DNA of 60,415 nucleotides, filler included, from Sphacelaria rigidula (GCA_964200075.2; 6 parts of 6 records of this genome joined end to end with filler, not necessarily neighbours in it); one strand, 5' to 3'. Positions 26,501-39,558 are shown, counted from the first letter of the whole stretch. Program-made: numbers and translations. The notes: generated by a model not told the origin, from the letters alone.

Positions 26501-29332
26501 TCGGTCACGGCATAACTCCTTCGTGCAGCAGCAGGGTTTATCTCAGTTCGTATCCCCAAACCCACGGTTGAAATATGCTTGATTTGACTGCGAACACTGA
26601 TATTCGGATCTTTAGTGAAAGCTGACAGTCCCGAGCGCTCCTAGTGTGTGCAGAAGACGTTTTTGTTCAAAATTGGCGCCGCAGGCGCCGATTCGAGGTC
26701 TTGCGGCGCACACTGTGCCTAGGGTACCCTTCCCACCCCCCTTGCCCGAGGGTTGTCGTGTGCCTAGGGCTGAGGTTGGGGGCAGGGTTAGCGTCAGCAT
26801 TGGCGTTACTTTGAAAAAATGTCAACCATGGATAAAAAATACGAACGGGGGCAAGTCCACCTCCTGTGCAGGCTCCCCATCTTACGACGTCGATAAGAGT
26901 GACCTGTTGAGCTGCGGTTCGGTTCGGTTTGGGGTTCTCAGATAATGTTGATGAAAATACTTTTATTTTGCAAACAAGTGCATAAAAAGAGATTGCCGAC
27001 ATAAAATTATTCAAGGCGTCCCACCCCAGCATTCTTCCCCACCTTCCCTCTCCAGCTCCTCGAGACATCAATGGCCACTTGCCAACGTGTGTTCACCGGT
27101 CTGCCCACCGCTAATAGATCTTTAGCTGCCCCTTTTAACCTTGGCCGGTGTTCTCAACACTGTGGGCCGACCTCTGCCCAGAACCAAAGTTACATCTCAC
27201 ACCGCGGCCCACCAATTCCGCTGTCAAACCGTTGTTGCATATACTCTCTTCAATGAACTCGTAGCGCGAGTATCGACAGGGGCGGGGATGTCACCCCAAG
27301 AGAAGGTTAGCCAAGGCACGTCGTCTCCTCCACTGACCCCCAAACGGAACGCTAGCACTTTAACTTCCGATAGATCTTTCAGAGACGAGCATGTTAATGG
27401 GGGTGACGGCCGGAGTGGACCAGGAGAGGGTATGGGGAAGGTGGTGATGCCCAAACCAACGTGCACGCAAGCGGTGGAGCAGACGCGTGGCCATATTTCC
27501 AGGTTGCGCGAGATGGTGAGGCAGTGTTCCAGCAGAAAATATCGTAGCATGACGAACGTTTTGATGGGACTAGAATTCTAAGGAAGAAATGAAGGATTTC
27601 TGCGTGGGTTGCATGATACAGCACACCGGCTGGCTTTGGACATCAAGAACGTTACTCTAGAGATTCGCTAGTGTTGTTCCTGTGCGCTAGAACTCTCGCA
27701 TTGGCAGCACCATGCATGGTCGGCAGGATGCCGCGATGCCTCCCTAACCACGTTTTTCCAGACGTCAAGCAGTGCTGCAACTAGCCGTGTGAATGCGGGG
27801 CCCATGGCATCCCCGCAAAACGCATAACCTGGATTTTTTCTTCACATTATAGAGCACTTACGATGCGGTAGTATATACGTTCTGAAGGTTTGCCTTCGTT
27901 GTTCACGTAACCCCACGGGGTTGTGAAATACACGCATCTCGTAGAGAGCGATCATCGAGGTACGAGCGCGATTCCCCACCCTACCCAGCATCCGGCATCT
28001 TTACAGCGACACTCGTTATCCCTTGGAGGTGTAGATGGGAGATGCCAGTGCGGTAGACATTCCGCGTATCGTGTGGCTCTACCCCGCGGACGAAGGCAGC
28101 GGCACTAGCACAGGCCTGACGACCGACGCGTGGCTGAAGAAACCAGTTCGGCTCACGTTCTTGTGTCCTGTCTCCATGAAGCCGGCGAGGTGAGCTTAGA
28201 GCTTCAACAGTTCAACAGTCCAAAAACATCAAATTTGTACTTTTGAAACTACCGATTCACACTGACCACGCATCAGAGTCCATTTTTCACAATGTTGGGC
28301 AGGTGTGAGCATCCCATGCCACCCCTTCCCCAACCGTCCGCTCAAGGTGTACGGAGAAATTTCACGAGTGATTTAGAGGCAAATATCACGGGAGGATCTC
28401 TGGGAAGCGAGTGGTAAAGCATAGCGTCCCAGCGTCTTGCGTACTGGTATGTTTCCGGTAGACCTAAAGCTTTGGGTGAGAATCTATGATTGACAGGATG
28501 ACGGCTTGATTTTAGACTGGAGAAAGTTCTGAGAGCTTTTATGGTGTGGGGCAGGTGAGCAGTGGACCCCAGCTCGTCCAGAACGTGTTCTTGTCGAAAT
28601 GGGCGCCTGCGGCGTCGATTTGAGGTCTGCCAACGCACAGTTTGCCTAGGGGAACCTATGCACCCCCCTTGCCCGAGGGTCTCGAACGCCTTGGGTCGGG
28701 ATCAGGGTTGGGGTTAGTGTTATCATAGTGTTAGTGTTAGTTTGTTCGAAAAAATCAACCATAGATTTTCGCCCATAGCTTTAGGTCGTCTCTCTGTTTC
28801 CCCCCGATCGACCACAATCGTGGTATGGTTATCCCGCCGCCTCCGCCGACATTTCCTCCGAGCTATACCTAAGGGCAACAAACCTAGATGGGATACCGTA
28901 CGCTGAGCAGGGATGACATTCTAGACAATACAAAGCGCTCTGGTGCGGTTGGCGAGCGGACGCTCTGGGACTCAAAATATGGTACGAGTGGTGAACGAGG
29001 ACCGAGCACATATATACATATGCGTCCGAATGCACGAAACCGCTCAGCAGAATGCAGCTTGCCAACAAGCGGGACAAGTTCGCACTCATTTCCAACATGA
29101 ATCACACAAAACATACGCATCTTGGCTGTACCTGGTGGCCTATTGTGCTAGGTGCGGACAGGACGGGAAGGGGTACCTTATTACTCTGCCTCGCGGTTGG
29201 GGCAGCAAAATAGGCATGGCCCTGAAAATTGGCGTCATGATTGCCGCAGCCGCATCCGATACGGGAGAGCTAGCCGATTTACCCGTAGTGACTTGCAGCG
29301 GCGAAGAATCTTCGGCTGAGTGGCAAGGGCAG
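23342..29332 (+). CDS. multi-exon gene: beta-sandwich-like domain + TIR-like domain + ROCO-C-terminal-like module (partial)
   Basis: exons 23342-23597, 24033-24257 (GC donor), 25625-25813, 26262-26448, 27265-27515, 28035-28189, 29152-29332 join in frame with intron phases 0,0,0,1,0,2. Confidence 0.8.
24033..24257 (+). CDS. exon, beta-sandwich-like domain
   Basis: CCVNPVHASVKWMRDVHSLSFEV...GSVDFYVGPVLIGQAHVEMAV; AAG/GCAAGC donor. Confidence 0.7.
25137..25207 (+). mobile_element. short 3' copy of the C-tract-associated non-LTR element (intronic)
   Basis: diverged copy with the same 5' start as the 22814 copy; C-rich flanks. Confidence 0.8.
25625..25813 (+). CDS. exon, TIR-like domain N-half
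   Basis: VFDTAYVCYAPSD...LIRESSVFQICWSGAAQ; gtgaga donor. Confidence 0.8.
26262..26448 (+). CDS. exon, TIR-like domain C-half
   Basis: SSSRVKNELKYAASL...VRGIYWD; absent from the ORF track. Confidence 0.78.
26535..26860 (+). mobile_element. MITE, family B (MULE-like), intronic
   Basis: gttcgtat...ggttga / tcaaccatgg...atacgaac inverted ends; core cccccttgcccgaggg shared with 28457-28792 and 43858-44260. Confidence 0.7.
27265..27515 (+). CDS. exon, linker/helical region
   Basis: in-phase open segment ending ATG/GTGAGG. Confidence 0.65.
28035..28189 (+). CDS. exon, ROCO-C-terminal-like module
   Basis: IPRIVWLYP...WLKKPVRLTFLCPVSMKP; gtgagc donor. Confidence 0.75.
28457..28792 (+). mobile_element. 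MITE, family B (MULE-like), intronic
   Basis: 33-bp TIR gacctaaagct...tga; about 9-bp TSD tatgtttcc/tctgtttcc; internal gggtta/gtgtta tract. Confidence 0.8.
29152..29332 (+). CDS. exon, ROCO-C-terminal-like module
   Basis: CGQDGKGYLITLPRGWGSKIGMALKIGVMIAAAA; gtgcgt donor. Confidence 0.75.
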
Positions 29333-30055
29333 GTGCGTTTCTACTAATACGAAGTGGAACAATCCGGGTTATGTGCGATATTTTGTGAAAGTTGCTGCTT
29401 ACACTGCATTGGCGTCTACCCGATTTTACAGAGTACCACGCGGCTCACGTAGTAATTGCCCGCAACTCATCGAGCCTAAGCGCTCGTAGCGTTCGGCTTC
29501 GTAGCGCATGCAGAGTTGATACGAACAAGCTCTTTATTGAGGGATGTCAACTGGGACGTGAAGTATAATAGCGGATAGACAAGAAGACGCGTGATTACAT
29601 ATACAGCCTTCACAGGTCGTTTTGTATGAAGAACCTTCCGCAGATCGTGAAGATCGTCGCGAGAGGATCCCAGCGTCCTAAGTGACAAGTCGACGAATAC
29701 CTGTATCAGTCATCATAAAAAAAGCCCTTGATATAACGGTAGCTGTGATGACGGGCACAGTAGCCGTTTGTTTCCTGCAAGAATCACGGTCGAGCCCGCC
29801 CGCGACACAATGTTTCAAATACCAAAGCTGACACCATAAAGCTCTTATTATTCCAGGTTTACCAGGAACACACAAGATTACCACCAAAGGTTGAGCGCCG
29901 CAGTTTTTACTGACTTGTAACTTGTTCATAGCCTAGCACGGAACGGTGACGGTGACACTAGATAATATCATTCCCCACGTTCATGGCAATCCAGTTCAAC
30001 GTAGAAACGTAAGGATCATCGCAAAAATTGACGCTGCATGATACATGTACTTCCC

Positions 30056-30126
30056 GCGCCCCGGTGGTGGAATGATCCGACTATCGCCATTAGGATGGAG
30101 AGAACGGGGGTTCGATTCTCGATGCG
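30056..30126 (+). other. tRNA-like head (SINE 5' end or tRNA pseudogene)
   Basis: A-box-like tggtggaatga and B-box ggttcgattc at tRNA spacing; stems imperfect. Confidence 0.4.
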
Positions 30127-30161
30127 TTGGGTTTTTTCTTCGTAGTGTATGATTTCCACCG

Positions 30162-30261
30162 NNNNNNNNNNNNNNNNNNNNNNNNNNNNNNNNNNNNNNN
30201 NNNNNTTAATTAATTAANNNNNNNNNNNNNNNNNNNNNNNNNNNNNNNNNNNNNNNNNNNN
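30162..30261. other. artificial contig linker
   Basis: N44-TTAATTAATTAA-N44. Confidence 0.98.
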
Positions 30262-31189
30262 TGTGGGGTACTAAACACAAATAAAACATCTATACAAGCT
30301 CCTGTGTTGACCTTCCTCCTGTGTGACCCTGGCTGATGCGCCCACATATCCCGAAAGGGGTAGACTGGCGCCTAGAATAAATGGGACGACAGCACAACAC
30401 AACAAATCGTATGTGACACAGTTATGGGTAGGAATGGAAGCCGATTTTGGGTACTATATTCCTGCAAATTGCAAGCTGAACGCTGTATGCGACAGAAGTA
30501 GCCCGTAAGCCAACGAATCAGATCAATGGAAAATTCACGCGTTACCTACAAATAACGATCTGGCTACTATGAAATGAAGTACAAAGTATATTTGTAGTAC
30601 ATTTATTCAAGCCTGAGAGTGGTCGGTGTTGAGGTGACGTTGTTCCTCCGGAAAGTTGGCTCCACACCAGTAGATGGACAATATTGTTGCACTAGCTGGT
30701 GTCCTGCTTCTGTGTTCACCACTCGGGAAGTACATGCCCCCAAGCTGCCACCCCACGTTTACCGTCATTGCGAAGGTTACAAGACAAAAACACGAACAGC
30801 AGCTGTCGTGGCTGCCGCACACCAACGTAACTGCAGTGAAGGGCGTGCCTGACATGATGCTAGAACGAGGAAGTACGGAAATTTGGTGATCATGAGCAGC
30901 GGCGTCGCGCTTTCGGAATCCACTGAGAACGATGTTGATGCTGTTGACGATCAAGAGGTTCACGCTGTGCGGATTGGCTATGCGCTGCATGTCCCACCAA
31001 CAGCTGTGACTGCGGGATTGGAGAGTGAACTTTTCATTGGCCCCATGGAGTCGGGGTCGGGGTCATGGCGTGAGTGAAAGGAATTCCATCTTGTCAGTCG
31101 CTTGGGCACGGTCTGGTTCACTTTGTCCAGAACAACGCCTTCAACGTCAATTCCCCCCTATTTTCAGTTTTTACAGGCAGTCACTTGAA

Positions 31190-32130
31190 ACATCGTGGCT
31201 CTGCCGACCTGGGCATACATGGTGCGCAGTCTGAAATAAAAATCACCCTTCGCGCCTTGGCTTCTCCGCTGGAACCCTCAGACACAACAGCCGAAGTTCA
31301 TGTGTGACCTCGCCCTCTGCAACTCAATACATGGAGGGTACTCGCTGTTGAAATGCGAATTTGCCCTTTGTGCACAGCCGTACAGAATGAAGCAGCACCT
31401 ACTGGCATGCCACAAAGTGCAATGCCGTGACACACTGCTCGCCGCAATAAAAAAACGCGCAGCCCGAAACGAAGCTCGTCGAACGTTGCATAGTTTGCAT
31501 CTCATGTTCATATTAAACAACGTTTTCGTGAGATCGAGAGTAAAGCGCTGATTGAGAGTGATTTCGGTCACTCGCTTTCACTTGGCGATTTTTTTCATTC
31601 CGTGTGTGCTGTTCTTTGCCTCTATCGCTAGCGTGTGCTTACAGCTACACGTCGGTATCCTGCTCAGGGATATCAAGGGCCTCAGTGGCAAGCTACTACA
31701 GAAAGCATATCGGGGCTCGTGGAGGGGTATTTCGGAACTGAAACGATTTAGTCACGATTTGACCGCTCTTCACTCTCAATCGTATCCTCTACTCTCAATC
31801 TCACGAAAACATTGTTATTATTGTTAGTATATGAAAACAGTTACGAAATACATGGCTGCAGTCGCCAGCAGGTGTGAGGCAGTGCGCATACTAAAATCGC
31901 TCTGGACGCCTTGGCTCCTGCACTGAAGCCCTGACACGAAGCAGCCGCCAGCTTTGTGTTTCTTCTGTGAGGTCTCCCCCTGTAATTCGACACTTGGAAG
32001 GATACTCGCCGTTGAAAGGCGAAATTGGCCTTTGTGCACAGCCGCACAAAAAAAAAGCAGCACCTGGGGGCACGCAACCACACTGCATGCCGCCACAACT
32101 TGCTTGCGGCAGGGAAACAAAATATGCGCA
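31190..32130 (+). repeat. diverged direct repeat pair (about 31190-31460 and 31850-32130)
   Basis: shared ga.g.tactcgc.gttgaaa.gcgaa.tt..cctttgtgcacagccg block. Confidence 0.75.
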
Positions 32131-33159
32131 CCGATTTTTTTTAATTTGCCATCCTCGACCTCGAAAGACGCTACTGATCCTCAACCCAAAAGTTCCGATC
32201 GCGCAACGCTTATATCTCGGCAAAAAAGTGGGGGATTGGACTGCGGTTTCTTGCGTGCGCTTCTCACACACCCAAGCTATGTCGCCTAGTTTGTTTTTCG
32301 CATTTGCGCGTAATTCTGACTCGTAAATGAACCAAATATACTATAATGAGGTGTTTCCGCTCTGGGGAGGGGTTTCCGCACCGCTGACAAGACGCCAGCA
32401 AAATATCAAACTAGGTTTCCTAGATCTCGTGTGTATGCGGGGAGCTGTCAAGTGCCGTAAGCCGGCTTGCTTCCTCCGTCGAGAACCGAGCGATCTCCAG
32501 TGCTACAGCTTCCTCATACTAAACCAAGTTAATAAGTGATGGAGCGTGTGTTCTGTTCGTGAGGGCCTCGGCACAAGTCCGATCACCTGCTGACGTGTTC
32601 GTTATTCCTCCGCGTTATTTTTTAGTTGAAATTTTGTGTCGATTTTGTGTTGTAAGGGCCCCCATTCCTACCCATAACAGTATATTACCCGCACGCTACG
32701 TACCCTCCCCCCCCCCCCCCCCCCCCCACCAACACCCCCGACGAAGGGGAAAAATAAGAAGGAATAGGGGTAGATNNNNNNNNNNATTTTTTTGTTTCTT
32801 TTGTTTGTTGTGGCCCCCCCTCCTCCCCCCCACAATGATATTCCCCCCCCCCCTCTCCCCCCCCCCCCCCCCCCCCCCCCCGGTGATTGAAATCTTCGGA
32901 TGATGACTGAAAGTTGAAGGAACTTTTGGTATCGTGTCGGTATCCGCGGTAACCGTATCGGGGCACATGGTGAGAGAAACTGCGGTGAGAGGGGAGAGGC
33001 GGTTCAGGTCATTTTATTTGCACGGAAGAGTCAATACGGAGTGTCCATGAATTGTTTGACTGGTGAATTGATTGATTGATTGGTTGTCGCACATTAGCTG
33101 ATCACCTAGGAGTCATAATCCAGCCGTGGTCACAAGATGGACGTACATATCAGAGCCCT

Positions 33160-33440
33160 ATACGGTATACTTCACAAGGGTGTGACGGACACGTGTGACG
33201 TGAGGTTTGTTTTTCGAAGGCGTCACAAACGTGATGACGTGACGTGACGTGACGTACAGGTGAAGAAATGTGATGTGATGTGATGTGACGTGACGTATCA
33301 TTTTTCGAGACGTCTCAAATGTGACGTGACGTGAGTTTTTCACATACGTCACATCAACGTATTTTGAAACGCTAACTGTACCGTGTAACGTATTTCATAC
33401 GTTACACGGTACATTCCACGTTTGTGACGTCTGAATGAAC
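33160..33440. repeat. (GTGAC)n-rich repeat; related copy at 34790-34940
   Basis: gtgacgtgacgtgacgt runs and a shared acttcacaag motif. Confidence 0.7.
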
Positions 33441-35347
33441 ATCACAACTATCACACGCTTAGCTTGTACCACAATCAGAGTGAGATTAACATATATCGTA
33501 CTACTGGTAGCATGGTACGCATCAACAGTTCTGTGATCCTGTACTAGAGGCTAACGTTGTGATCGTACATGACGACTACAGCACTGTAGTGGTATAATAG
33601 TACATATGCATACATGCATGGACCGTACAGCACTTGTATACTCCAACCTTCACAAATAGATGGAGGCGGTACGGTACAGTACAGCACAGTAGTAGTCTGG
33701 ATTATCGATACGCGTACTATGACTGTACGTACCGAGACGTTTACGTAACTTTGTTCTTTGTTCCCTGGGTATATTTTTTTATGTTCACATCAACCCCGCG
33801 GTGCATACCCAAACCCGCGGTCAGAGATGGAGTATCCGAAGACAACACTCTCTGTATCAGTGTACACGGTTCATCTACAGCGTGACCAGAGCTGTTGGCG
33901 TGTATGTGCCTCTATGGACGTATCAAGTATCTATGTGTGTGTAATATTTTGACAATAAAAAGTATTGTCTAGGGTGTGAATGATTCAGATGACTGTTGTT
34001 CGTTTATTCGCGACGTGGGTGTTCTGTAATGAATTCGTTTTTTCGTACCTCGTCGACCTCAACAACACGCGGTAAGGTTCATGAAGAATAGTGTGAATAC
34101 ATGAATATGTAGCATAGTAAGATGTAAAAGATACCAGTATGTGAACACTGGTACGTACTCCTCCTTCGAATCCTACCTTACTACAACACCCACTCTTCCC
34201 CGTCGGTTTTTATTCGAGCGGTTTTGTGTAAGCTCTTGTCTCTCTTCTTGGCACAATGAGTCATCATGTGTTTTTACCTTCGTGACGTCCGCCCTGCTAA
34301 GGCAGCTGGGTTCGTACCGGATCATCAGTGTTTGTGTATTATATATCTAGCAGTACAGATCTGCATACCCGCTCTGCTGGGTGAGCAATTGATCATAACA
34401 ACGCAGAATCGAATTGCTATGTGTTGATGTCCCACGAAATGCCAACCGACTACCAGGTATCACCAACGTATGATCTGTACATACTTGCGTTTGTATGTGT
34501 ATGTCATGGCCTGCGCGCATCTTGCACGGTATCTCACTATCTTATTATCGTGCATCAAGAATGTACTCATGCATTTATTTGAAATTGCAACGTGTGAGTC
34601 AGGGACGCATAAGCGATACACTAACTGAAGCGCATTCTTACAGTGTCAGAAAAGCGATCAGAACGCGCTTCATGCTCGAACATGGTGGCCACCGTGAACC
34701 TCCCGAACCAAGTTACGCTACATGAAACGTTACAACGTCCTACATAGCATTCATCTGCCCTCAACACGGTCGGGGTGCTATGTTTCATCTTACGTTACGT
34801 TACACGTCACAAATGTAACGTATATTTTACGTTACACGTCATAATAAACGTTTCAAGATACGTTCCTGTGACGTGACGTGACGTGACGTACAACTTCACA
34901 AGACCCCACCAGTGTGACGTAACATGTAACGTGTAACTTGAAGAGCCCGGGTACATACCCAACGTAACCAAAACGGAAGTACTCGCTGAAAATGGAAAAG
35001 TGAGGCGAAAAAAACAAAAAAAATACAGCAGGGCAAACGAACGGAGCCAACGAAGTAAACTGAGGAACCATTTTTTTTTCAAAAACCAAAGCCAAGTACG
35101 AACAGGAACTAAAACAAAACCAAGTAAGAAAGGAAAGTACAGATCCTAGTAGAAAAGAATGGTCGGCGCCTGCCGCATGGCTCAAGATAAGAAGGTCGCA
35201 CAAGTTCAAACAAAGCCACAAAAAACGCCTCGGTGTATATACACACATGCACAAACATGTACACATGAATGAAATAGATCTTGGTCACGAGTACTGTGTT
35301 CCTCTGCGCCCCCCTCCTCACGAACTCGTGAAACACATCCACAACAG

Positions 35348-35502
35348 GTCAAGAGCCTGAGGGCGGAGAGAGCGGGGACACACAAGGGGAGAATAATCAC
35401 GGACAAGGCTGTCACTAAGGAAATGGTCGCCATTTCTCTGGGTGGCGTGGTCATCGTCATGACCTCGCCGATGATGAATGGCATGAAGGAGGGTATCAAC
35501 AG
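35348..35502 (+). CDS. isolated putative exon inside a repeat, product unknown
   Basis: cag acceptor, open frame VKSLRAERAG...GMKEGIN, gtaaag donor. Confidence 0.3.
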
Positions 35503-35950
35503 GTAAAGAAGAAACTCTGTATCCTCGGGGCGGGCGCCAGGCCTTTCGGAACAAAATTTACCCTAGTGGGCGCCAGACCTTTTTTTGGAACAAAAATACT
35601 CAGCGTTAGGCCTCATTTCAGAACAAAACACCCAGCTGGGCGTCAACCGCGGTGTAACCCCGGGACGGTATTGTAGCATAGCCGGGCAGCTCCTACTTTA
35701 TTATTTTTCAAGGGCAGGTAGAGTAGGGTATACTCCATTGCGGGGCAGTAAATACCCGGGTATTCACCCTACCCAACACACACCCTTGGAAGTATCTGGT
35801 TCGCAGCGTTAAGATCGGAAGGACGTGAGTAGACAAAAAAGTGTGACTTGAGTGTGGTTGATGGCAGTTCACACGGTGCGGGAGTGTTATAATAGTCATG
35901 ATCAAATCCATCCACAAGACTATCAATAGAGTGCAAGGTGTGTACTTACC

Positions 35951-36175
35951 GGGCGGGGGGGGAGGGGGCGTACTCATTTGTTGCTTGCCTTAGTCATTTG
36001 ACCATTGACCACGCATCCTTTCCCTGACGGAGCACCGTTGCTTCTCCTAGTAGAGTCACCTTCAATATTCCGGCGCTCATCACGTTTTTTGCATACATTG
36101 CACAAAAACCTTTTGCATATCTTATCCCCGTCCTGTTTCGCCGTCTCTGGCCACCATCTATCTCCTAGTATAGTA
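35951..36175 (-). mobile_element. longer 3' copy of the C-tract-associated non-LTR element
   Basis: encodes ILGDRWWPETAKQDGDKICKRFLCNVCKKR...KGCVVNGQMTKASNK*; C tracts on both sides (minus strand). Confidence 0.85.
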
Positions 36176-39100
36176 TAGGGTGGAGAGGGGGGGGGGCACC
36201 GAGCTCGGCGGTCGTTTTGACTGTACGACCCTACTGTACTGTCTGAGCTGACCTTGTCATAATGCAGCACAGGCTGAGGTGGAAATTTCGCCGCGATACC
36301 GACATGACGAAACCCGAGCACATGAGAAACCCGGAGCGCTTGCAACGATGAACTTGCGACGTCGGGACGGTGCCGGTGAGCTCGTGGGGTGCAGAGTCGA
36401 GGGAGGAGCACTGAGCTCGGTGTTGGCTCATCTAATGCTGTGCTGCTGTACTGTACACTACGGCTATGGTGTGGCGCGGTATGAGGTGGCAACCTCTATT
36501 TCCTTCACGTAGCCCGACGAAGATGCTTTTGGCAGGGTATGTTGTGTACAATCCACTCTCGACTTTGACGATTGAATCCTTCACTCGAAATCCCGAAACG
36601 AACGTAGGTCTTACTTTCCTTGGGATAGGTAGATATTGTGCCTTAACTCAACCTTCAGACCTAGCCTTAGCCAGTTTGAGTCTCATAAGGTTTAAATCCA
36701 TGCGATGGACCTCAAGTCTTCACCGTTTCGGCAGACCTTGAGTTAATTTCGAGGTGTTGTGTCTGTAGCATATTTTACTCCACTCCGACTTGACCGCACG
36801 TCGACGGTTCATCGCACCGACTCTGCCGCTGCAACGCCGACTCTGAACATGGAATAAATTATACCCCACCCCGAGGCTTCATCAGACAAGGTCACCGACG
36901 TGATGAGGAACGACTGGAGATAGACAAGTCTGACACGGGTCTAGGGAGTGCGACTAGTCGACACTGGGCTATGCATCGTAATTGCCGTGCTTCGTCTGCT
37001 GCTTGCAGTCAGATTCGAGCCCTCATCTCCATGTTTTGCGCATGCTCCAACGATATCGATGCCCAGACATGGTACACCACATGTCACTGCCACTCTGCAC
37101 AACTACCGCGCCCCCGGCCCGAGGCAATGCGTTGCCCTCTGCGTTTTGGCGACCGACCTGAACACTCAGGCAAAGTACGCATTCCATCGTGTCGGTAAAC
37201 GCACGAGCTTGGGGCAAAAAAACGAGTTTTGACAGGAAGGACTGATCGTGTGTGATGCAGCATGCACAGGCGTCAATGCAGCATGAACTCGTTTCGCAGT
37301 GTACCATCCAGAGCTTTCCCTCTCCGTTTCATCAACGCACTTTTCAATTCCTCCGTACTTTAGTGGGGGATGAGGAACATCGCGGTTGCCACGGGTGGAC
37401 GCCACAATTAATCCCCATTTTGTCCAGGCAAACTGTAGCACGCGGCGAGTGTAATCGACCGTGAAAAGGATCGCGGTAGTTTTTCGAATGAAGTCGTTGG
37501 AGTCGACTCCTAGTGTTCATCATTTTCACGTGTCTAACGCCGATGACTCTGACTCGCGGTGACCATAGTCGACATTTTGGAAGAAAACGAGGTAGGGCGG
37601 AGTTTGTCGCTGGTTTAGCGTCTACCCTCCCCGACATGGACCAGCCATATTTGCACTGCGAGGGACTGCTCCTCTCGGTTTACTACTTATTTTCGTCCCT
37701 AGGCAACGCTCATAGTTTTGCGACCATAAACGTTGGATTTCTCAAGGTTTGGCGGGATTACTGAAGAAAAATCGCCAAGCAAACACCGAGGGTTGGGTGT
37801 AATCACGCGTAAAAAAACGGCAATCGCTTTTGACTCGACTTTTTGCTCAGACTGTGACCAAGTGTCTACGTTTTGGTTGCCCCCGGGCTGACATTCAAGT
37901 GTGATCCCGTGCAGTAAGAGCGGCTCGAAAGTCGACTTTTTTTCAGACTGTGCCTAGGCGTCTACTTCCTGATTACCCTGAGCTGACGTTGAGTGCTGAA
38001 ATCTCTCGCGCTCCGAAGTCTAAGGAACAAGAAATATATGCGTGAAATCTACCGGTCATGACCAGCTCACTGGAAAAAGTTTGACGGAAGCACGCGACGC
38101 CGCAAAGAAAACGACGCAACAGAAGCTATAATAGGCAAGCTTACAAATCTCGGGCAGCCGATCGTGTTTGACTTAGCCTTAGCGCATATTCCGTACCCAA
38201 CACTAGCGATACAGTCTTGTGTTTTCAACAAGAAAGTACCGCCGATCGACGCACCAAGACTTCATCCCAGCTACACGGATCATGTGGTGACGGTCTTGCG
38301 ATGCACAGCAAAATTATCCGCCGTCGGTGTAGATCAAGACCCAGAGAGAGTTCGGATTCGCGAGCAAGAGCCATGTGCGGAGAAGCGTCGCAATCATTTC
38401 GTGTCAAGAGATATCCCTACAGACTACAGACACCTCATCACTCCAGTAGCTATGCGATTAGATAGTTCACGGAACTCATAGAAGCGACCATTCATCGATT
38501 CTTAGGAGGAGTGGTATGTAGGGCGACAACAGCCCCGGGCGGCTGAACACTGTGCCTTTCCGTTGCGAATACCGCTGACGCATTACACGAGATACCATGC
38601 AAACAATCATCTTCTTGTTCGCCACACCAAGTACCCAAGTACCCCAAATCTCATAGTTCTAGAGATGACTAGTCGCGGCCATGCCGACAAAACCTTAGGA
38701 CGGAAAATGGCTGATTTCAAGACTTTCAGCGGTGAAGAAGAGGAATCTGCCCACTCTGCAATGTACATACAGTACAATACAGACCGTTTGCTGTTCCTGA
38801 AATGTTACAACTTCGCAGGTGGATGCTTGGGCAAACCTCGCAATTGAATGCTTTCACGACACACAGTAACGACGCGCACCCGCAGCGAATAGTCTACTAC
38901 TCACAACATTCAAAGCCGTGCATCAACAGTCGCTCCCGTTTCTTAGTGATTTCGTGAAGCCCCTGTTGTGTCATGCACTCCTTTGATGTGAGGCATGATT
39001 CATTGCCACGTGTTACTGCAGGCGCGTGGTACGCGTACAGACTGCACAGTGCACAGCACTTTACCCTCAATTATACGTAGATTGACGGAGGGCTAGGATG

Positions 39101-39558
39101 AAAACGTGAGTGAAATATGGACATTCTTCATCCAAGAGCTATTGCTTCAACAGTGAAGCACAGACAGGGTTGATGATACCATCTGACTTTTGGGTACTCT
39201 GCTGTACCGTACATCGAACACATGTACCACTCGCACCAAACGTCTCGTGTAGACCGTAGTGTGAATCCCGACACTTTGCATCGATCCCGTACATCAAGCA
39301 TGTAGAAATCTCAAGGCGCTACGAACTGTTCATTCCATGTGTTGATGAACACGTGCGCATATCTCCTGGGGAGCGAATCAACACATGTACTTGGCCAAAA
39401 CACCTGGGCTCTGCCAGCTGTACAGCTGCTGTGCTGACTGTGCTGAAAGTCGAGCTCAACGGTGCGTAACTACTTTCATGCGTTACAGTGGCAACTAGAG
39501 ACAAAACGGCAATGGAGGTGCAATCCGCTTTCGGAAGTCCCTCGCCTTACTTGCTCAC

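Noticed and set aside
30620-31077. Possible coding exon
   Set aside because: Stops interrupt the candidate frames and no family motif was recognised
32700-32885. Pro/Gly-rich ORFs
   Set aside because: Homopolymer runs around an internal 10-N gap; probably artefactual
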